Positions 48,744 to 56,517 of a DNA stretch of 64,000 bases are shown here, one piece after another (position 1 is the stretch's first letter; each line of letters starts with the position of its first letter). Origin of the DNA: Hyphomicrobiales bacterium (GTDB taxonomy: Bacteria; Pseudomonadota; Alphaproteobacteria; Rhizobiales; Beijerinckiaceae); assembly GCA_027483895.1 (NCBI GenBank), contig JAIXTP010000020.1, positions 27,359-91,358 on the forward strand, read 5' to 3'. The notes under the pieces are model-generated. The model was not told where the DNA came from. It saw only the letters and a list, made by a program, of their open reading frames with translations, and searched no databases. The position numbers and the translations under genes are program-made.

Positions 48744-49619
48744 TCACAGACTCAACTCGGCGACCACCTTCACGAGGTGGAAGCCGCGACCGCAGACGAC
48801 GACGCGCACGGTGAGGTCCTTCGCCATGGGTTCGGTCCCGTCGAAGGACGAATAGGTGTAGCTCCCGCTCGCCTGCAGGACGCCCTTTTCGATGATGATC
48901 GAGCCGATGTTCTTCCAGTCGGCGGCGTCGCATTTGCGCTGGAGGAGCGGCCGGCCTTCGACGAAGGGATTGAATTTCTCGTGCAGCGGGCCCGCCGCCT
49001 CGACGAGGGCGGCGGCGCATTTGCTCCACGTCGCGCCGTCCTGCTTGCGGCAGGCTGCGGGCTCGAAATCCTCCGCGCTTCGCTTCTCGGCGGTGTCCTT
49101 CAGCCAGACCACGACGTTCTCGGCTTCGGTCTTCACGTCCTCGATGCGACGCACCTCGCCGATCGAATGCTTGCCCAGAAGGACGATGGCGACGGTGACG
49201 CCGCACAGCGCGCAGAGGAACACGACGTCCGGCAAAGTGAGGCTGCGGATGAAGCTCCAAATCTGGCGGGGGCCGAACAGCGGCGGGTGCTTGTGCTTGT
49301 GGTCCTGATGGCGCGCGAGCCGGGGAGCGGGCGGTCGCGGGGCGGGGACCGGTTCGGGCAAGGCCTCGCCCGATGCCGCCCGCGCTTCGGCTGCCGCTGC
49401 GGCGGCGGCCGCCGCTTCTTCGGCCGCGCTTTGCGCGCCGCGGATGTCGATCCAGATCCGGATAAGGGCGGTGCGGTCGGCGAGCGAGAGCTTGCCGCCG
49501 GGCACGCCCGCCCTGTCGTCGGCGATGGCCTTTTGGAATTCTTCGCGGGCGGCGGCACGCTTCGCGTCGTCCCAGGCGGCAGGGTCGCTGCCCCCGTATT
49601 TACGTTGCAAAGGATGCAT
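48744..49619 (-). CDS. hypothetical single-pass membrane protein, first gene of the channel operon
   Basis: 291 aa: a cytoplasmic N-terminal region with a poly-Ala/Pro linker, one TM helix (LPDVVFLCALCGVTVAIVLLG), and an extracytoplasmic C-domain of about 145 aa with four Cys. Its stop lies 7 nt before the channel ATG. Confidence 0.55.
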   Translation of the reverse strand: MHPLQRKYGGSDPAAWDDAKRAAAREEFQKAIADDRAGVPGGKLSLADRTALIRIWIDIRGAQSAAEEAAAAAAAAAEARAASGEALPEPVPAPRPPAPRLARHQDHKHKHPPLFGPRQIWSFIRSLTLPDVVFLCALCGVTVAIVLLGKHSIGEVRRIEDVKTEAENVVVWLKDTAEKRSAEDFEPAACRKQDGATWSKCAAALVEAAGPLHEKFNPFVEGRPLLQRKCDAADWKNIGSIIIEKGVLQASGSYTYSSFDGTEPMAKDLTVRVVVCGRGFHLVKVVAELSL

Positions 49620-49713
49620 GTCGTTTCCGCGCGGCCGACCCTCGTGATCGGTTCTGGAGAAGTCGCCGTTCCGGAATAAAAACGACTGTAATCAGAAGAA
49701 TTTTATCTTTGAT

Positions 49714-49725
49714 CGATTGCAATCG
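49714..49725. promoter_or_regulatory. perfect 12-bp palindrome CGATTGCAATCG in the AT-rich region upstream of the channel operon (candidate operator)
   Basis: Read directly. Lies about 95 nt upstream of the 49619 start codon, within the only AT-rich stretch of this intergenic region. Confidence 0.3.
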
Positions 49726-49771
49726 GCAAAAGGGCGTATTTCTCGACGTCTTGGCACCATAGAACACGATG

Positions 49772-49798
49772 AAAAAGGCGCCCGCATCGACGGGCGCC
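49772..49798 (-). terminator. rho-independent terminator downstream of the SbtA-like permease gene
   Basis: Stem GGCGCCCG/CGGGCGCC with a 6-nt loop. Plus-strand AAAAA at 49772-49776 gives a U-tract on the minus strand. Confidence 0.65.
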
Positions 49799-49830
49799 CG
49801 ACTGTATCGATCGTTTCCGGCGACTTGACG

Positions 49831-50814
49831 TCACCCCCCGAAAACCGAGCTCCAGAGCGCGGCGAGGCCGTAATAGACGGGCAGCCCGATGATCAGGTTG
49901 AAGGGGAAGGTGATGCCGAGCGAGCTCGTCAGGTAGATCGACGGGTTGGCTTCGGGAAAGGCGCTGCGGACGGCGGCGGGCGCGTCGATATAGGAGGCCG
50001 AGGCCGCGACCGCGCCGAGCACGAAGGCCCCGCCGACCGAAAGACCCGCCAGGGTTCCCGCGAGCGTCCCCGCGGCGCCGAAGAGCAGGGGGACGACCGT
50101 TCCGAAGGCGACCATGAAGGGGCCGACCTTCGTGAATTCCCTGAGCCGCCGCGCCGCCGTCATTCCCATTTCCAGCAGGAAGAGGACGAGCACGCCGCGG
50201 AAAAGGTCGACGAAGAAGGGCTCCAGCTTTTCAAAATGGCTCTCGCCGACCGCGTAGCCCATGGTCATGCCGCCGACGAGCAGGACGAGACCCCGGCCCC
50301 GCAGCGTTTCGGCGACGATGGCGCCGAGCGCCCGCGTCCGTCCGTCCGCGCCCGCCATGCTGAAGCGCCCGATGAAGAGCGCGACGAGGATGCCCCATTC
50401 CATCAGCGCGACGAGGCCCGTGAGGAAGCCCTCGGCGGGCGTGCCTTGCGAGGATGCGAAATTCTGCGCGGCGAGGAAGGTGACGGAAGAAACGGACCCG
50501 TAGAGGGCCGCGATGCCGGTGGCGTTCGCCACGTCGAAGCGCCCGAAGAAGCGGGCGATGCCGAAGGCGGCGAGCGGCAGAAGGAGAACGAGGAGAAGCG
50601 TCGCGCCGAGCGCGGCGACGATGGAGCCGAGTTCCGCCTCCGCCAGTTCGCGGCCGCCCTGCAGGCCGATGGAGAGCAGGAGGAAGATCGCGAAGATCTT
50701 CAGAACGGGCTCGGGAATTTCGAGATCGGAACGGATCGCCGCGGCGACCATGCCGAGCACGAAAGCGAGCGTGATGGGAGAAACGAGGTTCTGAACGATG
50801 ATGTCGGATGCCAT
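49831..50814 (-). CDS. SbtA-like (DUF897) sodium-dependent bicarbonate/anion transporter family permease
   Basis: SPITLAFVLGMVAAAIRSDLEIPEPVLKIFAIFLLLSIGLQGG and a second inverted repeat half, about 10 TM helices. Start at ATG 50814. Confidence 0.75.
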   Translation of the reverse strand: MASDIIVQNLVSPITLAFVLGMVAAAIRSDLEIPEPVLKIFAIFLLLSIGLQGGRELAEAELGSIVAALGATLLLVLLLPLAAFGIARFFGRFDVANATGIAALYGSVSSVTFLAAQNFASSQGTPAEGFLTGLVALMEWGILVALFIGRFSMAGADGRTRALGAIVAETLRGRGLVLLVGGMTMGYAVGESHFEKLEPFFVDLFRGVLVLFLLEMGMTAARRLREFTKVGPFMVAFGTVVPLLFGAAGTLAGTLAGLSVGGAFVLGAVAASASYIDAPAAVRSAFPEANPSIYLTSSLGITFPFNLIIGLPVYYGLAALWSSVFGG

Positions 50815-50932
50815 GAGAGCCCCCTCGGCGTGCAAACGCCCGCGTTCATGCCGGCGGCGCGCGGGAACTTGAAACGCGTTTTCCCGATCCGATTTATCGG
50901 TGGAGCCGATGAATTCCGGGGAGATGCCCGCG

Positions 50933-51871
50933 ATGATGATCTACGACGTCGATACCGCGCTGTTGAGGAGCTTCGTCACGCTGGCGGAAACGGGCAGTTT
51001 CTCGCGGACGGGGCGCCGTGTGGGGCGCTCGCAATCGGCGATCAGCGGGCAGATCCAGAAGCTCGAGGACGCGCTCGGCCGCGTATTGTTCGACCGCACG
51101 ACGCGCAAGGTGCGGCTGACGCGGGACGGGGAGGCGCTGCTGGGCTATGCGCGGCGGATGATCGCGACGGCCGATGCGATGATCGAGCATTTCCGCAGCG
51201 CGGACATCGCGGGCGAGGTGCGCTTCGCGGCCCCGGACGATTTCGCGAGCGCCTATCTGCCGGGCATCCTCGGCGAGTTCGCCGCGGCGCATGAATTCGT
51301 GACGCTGCATGTGAGCTGCGAACTCACGCTGCGGCTCATCGAGCAGTTCGAAGCGGGGTTGCACGATCTCGTGATCGTGAAGACCGATCCGGCGCGGCCT
51401 TATCCCGGGGCGCGGAAGCTTCGCCGGGAGGCGCTGGTCTGGGTCGGGGCGCCCGCGCTCGCGCTGCCCTTCGAAGAGGCGCGGAGCCGCTATGCGGCGC
51501 TCGAACGCGCGCTGCCGCTCGTTCTGTCGCCTGCGCCCTGCGTCTACCGCAGCCGTGCGGCGGCGGCGCTCGATGCGCGCGGCGTGGTGTGGACGCCGAC
51601 CTACATGACGCAGAGCCTCGCGGGCTCTCTGGCCGCGGTGCGGGCGGGGCTCGGCTGGTCGGTGATGCCGCGTGCGATGGTGCCGGAGGATCTCGCGGTG
51701 CTCGACGAGCGGCTCGGTTGGCCCGTGCTCGACCCGGCGGAGATCGCGCTTCTGACGCGCGATCCGGCGTCGCCCGCGGCGGCGGCGCTGGCGGGCTTCA
51801 TCGAGGAGCGCGTGCCGGGGGACGCCGAGGAGGCGGCGCCCCGCCGCGTCACTTCAGGATCACGAGGCTGA
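50933..51871 (+). CDS. LysR-family transcriptional regulator, divergent from the SbtA-like gene
   Basis: N-terminal HTH LLRSFVTLAETGSFSRTGRRVGRSQSAISGQIQKLEDALG. The exact start is uncertain (50900-50936). Confidence 0.85.
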   Translation: MMIYDVDTALLRSFVTLAETGSFSRTGRRVGRSQSAISGQIQKLEDALGRVLFDRTTRKVRLTRDGEALLGYARRMIATADAMIEHFRSADIAGEVRFAAPDDFASAYLPGILGEFAAAHEFVTLHVSCELTLRLIEQFEAGLHDLVIVKTDPARPYPGARKLRREALVWVGAPALALPFEEARSRYAALERALPLVLSPAPCVYRSRAAAALDARGVVWTPTYMTQSLAGSLAAVRAGLGWSVMPRAMVPEDLAVLDERLGWPVLDPAEIALLTRDPASPAAAALAGFIEERVPGDAEEAAPRRVTSGSRG

Positions 51872-52643
51872 GCGCCAGCGCGGCCATGCCGCCGACGAGC
51901 CCGTAGGCCGTCTCGCCGCCTTTCGCGTGCCGGCGCGCGGAGGGCATGAGTTCGTGGAGCGAGAGGAACACCATCGTGCCCGCGATCACGCCGAACACGG
52001 CGCCGAAGACGAAGGGGTCCAGATGGGGGCCCAGCACGAGATAGCCGATCAGCCCGCCCAAGGGTTCGGCCGCGGCGGTGACGAGCGTGCCGATCATCGC
52101 CTTGGTGCGGCTGCCGGTGGCGTAGAGCAGCGGAACGGCGACCGAGATGCCTTCCGGGATGTTGTGGATCGCGATCGCGGCCGCGAGCTTCGCGCCCAAG
52201 GACGGCTCGTTCAGCGTGGCGAAGAACGTGGCCATGCCTTCGGGAAGATTATGGGCCGAGATGGCGAGAGCCGTCAGAAGCCCGGCTCGGGCCACCGCCC
52301 TGCGGCCGTCCTCGTCGGGTGCATCGAGATCGGTGCGCGGCAGCATGCGCTCGAACAGGATCACCAGCAGCGTGCCCGCGAAGAACCACAGCGTGGCCAT
52401 GCGGTGCGCTTCGCCCGGCGGCATCACTTCGGCGAAGGAGGCCTGCCCCTTGGCGAGGATCTCGACGAGCGAGACATAGACCATGGCGCCCGCGGCGAAG
52501 GCGAAGCCGAAGGCGAGAAGACGCCGGTCGACCTTTCCCGAAACCACCGCCACCGCGCCGCCCAGAAGAGTGGACGCGGCGGCGGCGGACGTGACCATGA
52601 ATGCCGTCAGGGCCGCATCGTTCAAGCGGATGTCCTCCTGCAA
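51849..52643 (-). CDS. zupT: ZIP-family zinc transporter ZupT
   Basis: SAHNLPEGMA and AIAIHNIPEGISVAVPL metal-binding helices. 264 aa. Confidence 0.88.
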   Translation of the reverse strand: MQEDIRLNDAALTAFMVTSAAAASTLLGGAVAVVSGKVDRRLLAFGFAFAAGAMVYVSLVEILAKGQASFAEVMPPGEAHRMATLWFFAGTLLVILFERMLPRTDLDAPDEDGRRAVARAGLLTALAISAHNLPEGMATFFATLNEPSLGAKLAAAIAIHNIPEGISVAVPLLYATGSRTKAMIGTLVTAAAEPLGGLIGYLVLGPHLDPFVFGAVFGVIAGTMVFLSLHELMPSARRHAKGGETAYGLVGGMAALALSLVILK

Positions 52644-52738
52644 CGCCCGAGATGTAATGCAACCGGAGCGGGCTTGCGAGAGGCTGAAACGAAGACGCCG
52701 CCCGTGCGGGCGGCGCGATCGGCGCGAAGGCGCGAAAC

Positions 52739-53002
52739 TCAGAGGGGATGGGCCTCGGGCGTTACGCCGCAGTTTTCGAGAAACTTCTTGATCTGCATGA
52801 CCTCGGGCTTGGGCACGCTGTGATGGGCGTGGTGGAAGGCGGCCGAATGCCCGTTGAGCGTGACGCCGATGCGGCTGCCGGGCTTGTTCTCGACCTCCGC
52901 GCCGAGCGCGGTCAGGAGATGCTCGACGTCCTTGAAGTCGATGTTCGCGCTGACGGGATGCGCGAAGATCGCGTGCAGCGTCTTGGAATGATGGTGGTTC
53001 AC
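52739..53002 (-). CDS. HicA-like (YcfA/HicA fold) putative toxin with no adjacent HicB
   Basis: 87 aa with a GTG start preceded by GGAAGGG. TLHAIFAHPVSANIDFKDVEHLLTALGAEVENKPGSRIGVTLNGHSAAFHHAHHSVPKPEVMQIKKFLENCGV follows the long-form HicA pattern (TLxxIF..P....I.w.dve.LL.aLG......GS.v.v.lnG....fH.pH......v..ir.fLe..Gv). Confidence 0.5.
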   Translation of the reverse strand: MNHHHSKTLHAIFAHPVSANIDFKDVEHLLTALGAEVENKPGSRIGVTLNGHSAAFHHAHHSVPKPEVMQIKKFLENCGVTPEAHPL

Positions 53003-53097
53003 GGCGTCCCTTCCGATGCTGTTGTGACGACCGTGAGCCTAGCCGCAGGGACGATGCGCGGCTTTGAGATCGGTCAAGCGGAGAGCCGATCCGCGCT

Positions 53098-53979
53098 TCA
53101 GCGGTTCAGCTTCACTTCGCCCGCACGGCTCACGTCGTAGCCGCCGAGATTGTCCGCGCGCCGCCGGAATTCGTGCGTGCGCATGAGGGCGAAGAGCTTT
53201 TGCGGGCCGGGTTCGAAATAAGTGCGCCGCCGCATCGCGAGATCGAAGCGTTCCGTCGCCAGCGGAACGAAGGCGAGGCCGGCGGCGAGCGCTGCGGCGC
53301 GGGTCGCGATGCCGCAATCCGCATCGCCCGCGCGGATGGCCGCGGCGAGATCCGAGCCCGTGGCGAAGACGTCCGCCGCCGAGGCGACCTCGCCGGCGGC
53401 ATGGCCGCCGCGCGCGAGGAGCTTTTCGAGGAGGAGCTGCGCGCCGGCGCCGCCCTGCCGCAGGCCGAAACGGGCGCCCGAGCGCACGGCCGCTTCGACG
53501 CTCGTGAGCCCGCGCGGATCGTCCGGCTTCGCCAGCAGGCCCTGTTCGCGCTCCGCGAAGACGATCAGCACCGCGTCGTGCAGGCCGTGAGCGGCGAGCA
53601 GGGCTGCTTCGTTGGCCTCCTCCGTCTCGGCGGAGTGGAGATGAACGGCGGCGATGGCGACCTCGTCGCGTTCGAGACGGTCGAGGCCCGCGCCGGAGCC
53701 TTCGCTGAGAAGCGCGAGGCCCGAACCCGAACGCCGGGCCGCCCATTCGAGCAGCGGATCATGGCTGCCCCCGATGATGGCGGGCGGGGGCGCATCGCGC
53801 AGGCCGGCCGGGCGGATCAGGCCGGCTTCGACCCATCGGTCGAGCGCCGCGCGCGGGAACAGCCATTTGCCCGTGACCTTGGAACAGGGGATCGCGCCCT
53901 CGGCGACGAGTTCGTAGAGCTTGCGCTCCTTGATGCCGAGATGGGCGGCGGCTTCTTCCGTGTTCAGAAACGTCTTCAT
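53098..53979 (-). CDS. excisionase/MerR-type HTH fused to a periplasmic-binding-protein-like (molybdate/anion-binding-like) domain
   Basis: The N-terminus FLNTEEAAAHLGIKERKLYELVAEGAIPCSKVTGKWLFPRAALDRWV is an excisionase-family HTH. The remaining 230 aa or so have a PBP type-2 alpha/beta pattern. Confidence 0.6.
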   Translation of the reverse strand: MKTFLNTEEAAAHLGIKERKLYELVAEGAIPCSKVTGKWLFPRAALDRWVEAGLIRPAGLRDAPPPAIIGGSHDPLLEWAARRSGSGLALLSEGSGAGLDRLERDEVAIAAVHLHSAETEEANEAALLAAHGLHDAVLIVFAEREQGLLAKPDDPRGLTSVEAAVRSGARFGLRQGGAGAQLLLEKLLARGGHAAGEVASAADVFATGSDLAAAIRAGDADCGIATRAAALAAGLAFVPLATERFDLAMRRRTYFEPGPQKLFALMRTHEFRRRADNLGGYDVSRAGEVKLNR

Positions 53980-54078
53980 CGCGAGCGGAGAATGCCGCGG
54001 GCGGCCGGAAAAGCCCAGCCGGAACGAGAGAGAGCCCCGTCGCTGACGGGGCCCCCGATCTTCGGGCGCGAACGGTCC

Positions 54079-55254
54079 TCAGTCCTTGGCGCGTTTGAGG
54101 CCGGGATGGAGCGCCTTCTCGATGATGGTCTCGTCGCGGCCGATCACGTGCTCGGTGGTGCCGACGATCAGCGGATCCGGTCCCTTGATCACCGAACGGT
54201 CCTTGTTCGGATAGGGCAGAGACGACAGGAAATGCTGCATGCATTCGAGCCGCGCGCGCTTCTTGTCGTCCGACTTCACGACCGTCCACGGCGCGTCGGC
54301 TGTGTCGGTGTAGAAGAACATCGCCTCCTTGGCCTCGGTGTAGTCGTCCCATTTGTCGAGCGAGGCGCGGTCGATGGGCGAGAGCTTCCACTGCTTCAGC
54401 GGATCGTTCTCGCGCGATTTGAAGCGGGCGAGCTGCTCGGCGCGGGAGACCGAGAACCAGTATTTGAACAGGCGGATGCCCGAGCGGACCAGCATCTGCT
54501 CGAAGAGCGGCGCCTCGCGCATGAATTCCAGATATTCGTTGGGCGAGCAGAAGCCCATGACCCGTTCGACGCCCGCGCGGTTGTACCAGGAGCGGTCGAA
54601 CAGGCAGAGCTCGCCGGCCGAAGGAAGATGCGCGACGTATCGCTGGAAGTACCACTGCGTGCGCTCGCGCTCGGTGGGTTTGAGCAGCGCCACGACGCGC
54701 GCCGTGCGCGGGTTCATGTGTTCCATGTAGCGCTTGATCGTGCCGCCCTTGCCGGCCGCGTCGCGGCCTTCGAACAGGATCACGATCTTCTGGCCGGTCT
54801 CCTCGACCCAGCGCTGGCATTTCAGAAGCTCGCGCTGAAGCTCGAGCATGTGAGCCTCGTAGGGCTCGTTGCGCATCTTCGTCCGGTAGGGATATTCGCC
54901 GGTCTCGAACAGCCGCCGGATGAGCGCCGGATCGCTCTTCATCTCGGCGATCGTGGCGGCACGGGCCGGGGCATCGCCGGTGGCCGCGGGCTCGGCCGCG
55001 CCCCGCGGCGCGGAGGGCGCGGCGCCTGCGGCGCTCATGATCGCGCGGGCGCCGTCCGAAGAGCGCGGCTTCGCCGCGGTGCGGGTGCGCGGCGTCTTCG
55101 CGCGGGCGGGGGCGGGACGGGCAGGCGCCTTCGGCTTCGCGGCGGTGCGCGCGGGCTTCTTGGCGGGCAGCGCGATCACGACGGCGGCATCTTCCGCGGG
55201 GCCGCGTTCGGCCGGAGCGTCCGCACGTTCGGTCGGTTCGGTGTCGATGGTCAT
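54079..55254 (-). CDS. ppk2: polyphosphate kinase 2 with an N-terminal basic Ala/Pro/Lys/Arg-rich extension of about 105 aa
   Basis: PPK2 core: ILFEGRDAAGKGGTIKR (Walker A), TQWYFQRYVAHLPSAGELCLFDRSWYNRAGVERVMGF and KLSPID. The N-terminal tail reads AKKPARTAAKPKAPARPAPARAKTPRTRTAAKPR. Confidence 0.9.
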   Translation of the reverse strand: MTIDTEPTERADAPAERGPAEDAAVVIALPAKKPARTAAKPKAPARPAPARAKTPRTRTAAKPRSSDGARAIMSAAGAAPSAPRGAAEPAATGDAPARAATIAEMKSDPALIRRLFETGEYPYRTKMRNEPYEAHMLELQRELLKCQRWVEETGQKIVILFEGRDAAGKGGTIKRYMEHMNPRTARVVALLKPTERERTQWYFQRYVAHLPSAGELCLFDRSWYNRAGVERVMGFCSPNEYLEFMREAPLFEQMLVRSGIRLFKYWFSVSRAEQLARFKSRENDPLKQWKLSPIDRASLDKWDDYTEAKEAMFFYTDTADAPWTVVKSDDKKRARLECMQHFLSSLPYPNKDRSVIKGPDPLIVGTTEHVIGRDETIIEKALHPGLKRAKD

Positions 55255-55354
55255 GCGGGTCTCCGTCGAGGGGGCGATTGCGGAAGGATGCGCCCCTGAG
55301 CGAAAACCGACATGACGCAGGTCAAGTTGCAGCCCCGATTCCCGGATCTCCGCG

Positions 55355-55741
55355 ATGCTGATCGTTCATGACGGCGCATGCCCGCTCTGCCGGTTCTATG
55401 TGCGGCGGCTGCGGCTCGAACGGGCGGCGGGGCCGGTCGAGATCGTCGATGCGCGCTCGGGCGATCCGCGCGTCGCGGAGCTTGCGGCCGCCGGCTACCA
55501 CCTCGATGCGGGCATGGTCGTCGTGCTCGACGGCCGGATCTTTCACGGCGACGAGGCCGTGCATGCGCTCGCGCTGCTTTCGACGCCGATCGACGCCTTC
55601 AACCGGCTGAACCGCGGGCTCCTCGCGCGGCCGGGGATCGCCCGAGCGCTCTATCCGCTCTTCCGGGCGGCGCGCCGCGTCGCGCTGGCGCTGACCGGCG
55701 TCGGGCCCTTGCGCCCCGGTCAGAAGGACCCGGCGGCGTAG
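55355..55741 (+). CDS. DCC-family (DUF393) thiol-disulfide oxidoreductase
   Basis: N-terminal LIVHDGACPLCRFYV (the DxxCxxC motif of the DCC family). 128 aa. Confidence 0.8.
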   Translation: MLIVHDGACPLCRFYVRRLRLERAAGPVEIVDARSGDPRVAELAAAGYHLDAGMVVVLDGRIFHGDEAVHALALLSTPIDAFNRLNRGLLARPGIARALYPLFRAARRVALALTGVGPLRPGQKDPAA

Positions 55742-56517
55742 ACGATCGCCGGAAAGGTCGCGGCCCAGGCGAAGACGAAGCGGTTGAGGCCGAAGAAGCG
55801 GAAGACGAGCAGGTGGAAGACGAGCGCCACCGCGCAGCAGGCCGCGGCGACCGCGGGCGCGACGAGCGCGAGCGGGAAGGCGCATTCCCAGAGAATGAAG
55901 CCCCAGCTGCAGGCGAGCGCCACGGCAGGGCGGCGGAAGACGGAGCCCGGCGGCAGCGGGCCGTAGATGCCGCCGTCCAAGAAGATCGGCAAAGCGCGGC
56001 CGGACCGCCAATCGGCATCGAGCAGCTTCACGGCGCCGGAGACGAAATAGGAGGAGATCGCCTGCACCGCGGCGTACCAGAGCGCCGCCGCCGCTCCGGT
56101 CTCCGCCCGGCCGAACAGCGCGCCCGCATCGGCGATGACGAGCGCGGTGAGAACCGCGACCGTCATGAAGTCGCTGCCGCCGTTGAAGGCGCCGCGCCAG
56201 CGGATGAGGATCGCGAGCGTGCCCAGAAACAGGAACAGGCTCACCGGCAGGCCGAAGCCGAAGGGCAGCAGGAGCGCGGCGACCAGGCGCAGGACGAGAT
56301 GCGCCGTGTGGACCGGCGGGCGCGAGAGCATGGCGAAGGCGGCGCGCACCGGCGCACCGGCATGGGCGAGGTCGCCCTGCTGGACCGCGAAGCTCCACAC
56401 GCCCGCAGGCCCCAGCGGGGCGCGCAGGCGGAGGAATTCGAGCGTCTGGACGACGAGGCTCACGGCGCAGAGCGCGCGCATGAGGGCGAGCGCGTCGAAG
56501 GCGGAGAGAGCGCTCAT
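55720..56517 (-). CDS. HTTM-domain (vitamin K-dependent gamma-carboxylase-like / SdpB-like) integral membrane protein
   Basis: Polytopic, with RWRGAFNGGSDFMTVAVL and SSYFVSGAVKLLDADWRSGRAL, which resemble the conserved HTTM/SdpB core motifs. Start at ATG 56517. The 3' end overlaps the DCC gene by 22 nt (convergent). Confidence 0.6.
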   Translation of the reverse strand: MSALSAFDALALMRALCAVSLVVQTLEFLRLRAPLGPAGVWSFAVQQGDLAHAGAPVRAAFAMLSRPPVHTAHLVLRLVAALLLPFGFGLPVSLFLFLGTLAILIRWRGAFNGGSDFMTVAVLTALVIADAGALFGRAETGAAAALWYAAVQAISSYFVSGAVKLLDADWRSGRALPIFLDGGIYGPLPPGSVFRRPAVALACSWGFILWECAFPLALVAPAVAAACCAVALVFHLLVFRFFGLNRFVFAWAATFPAIVYAAGSF

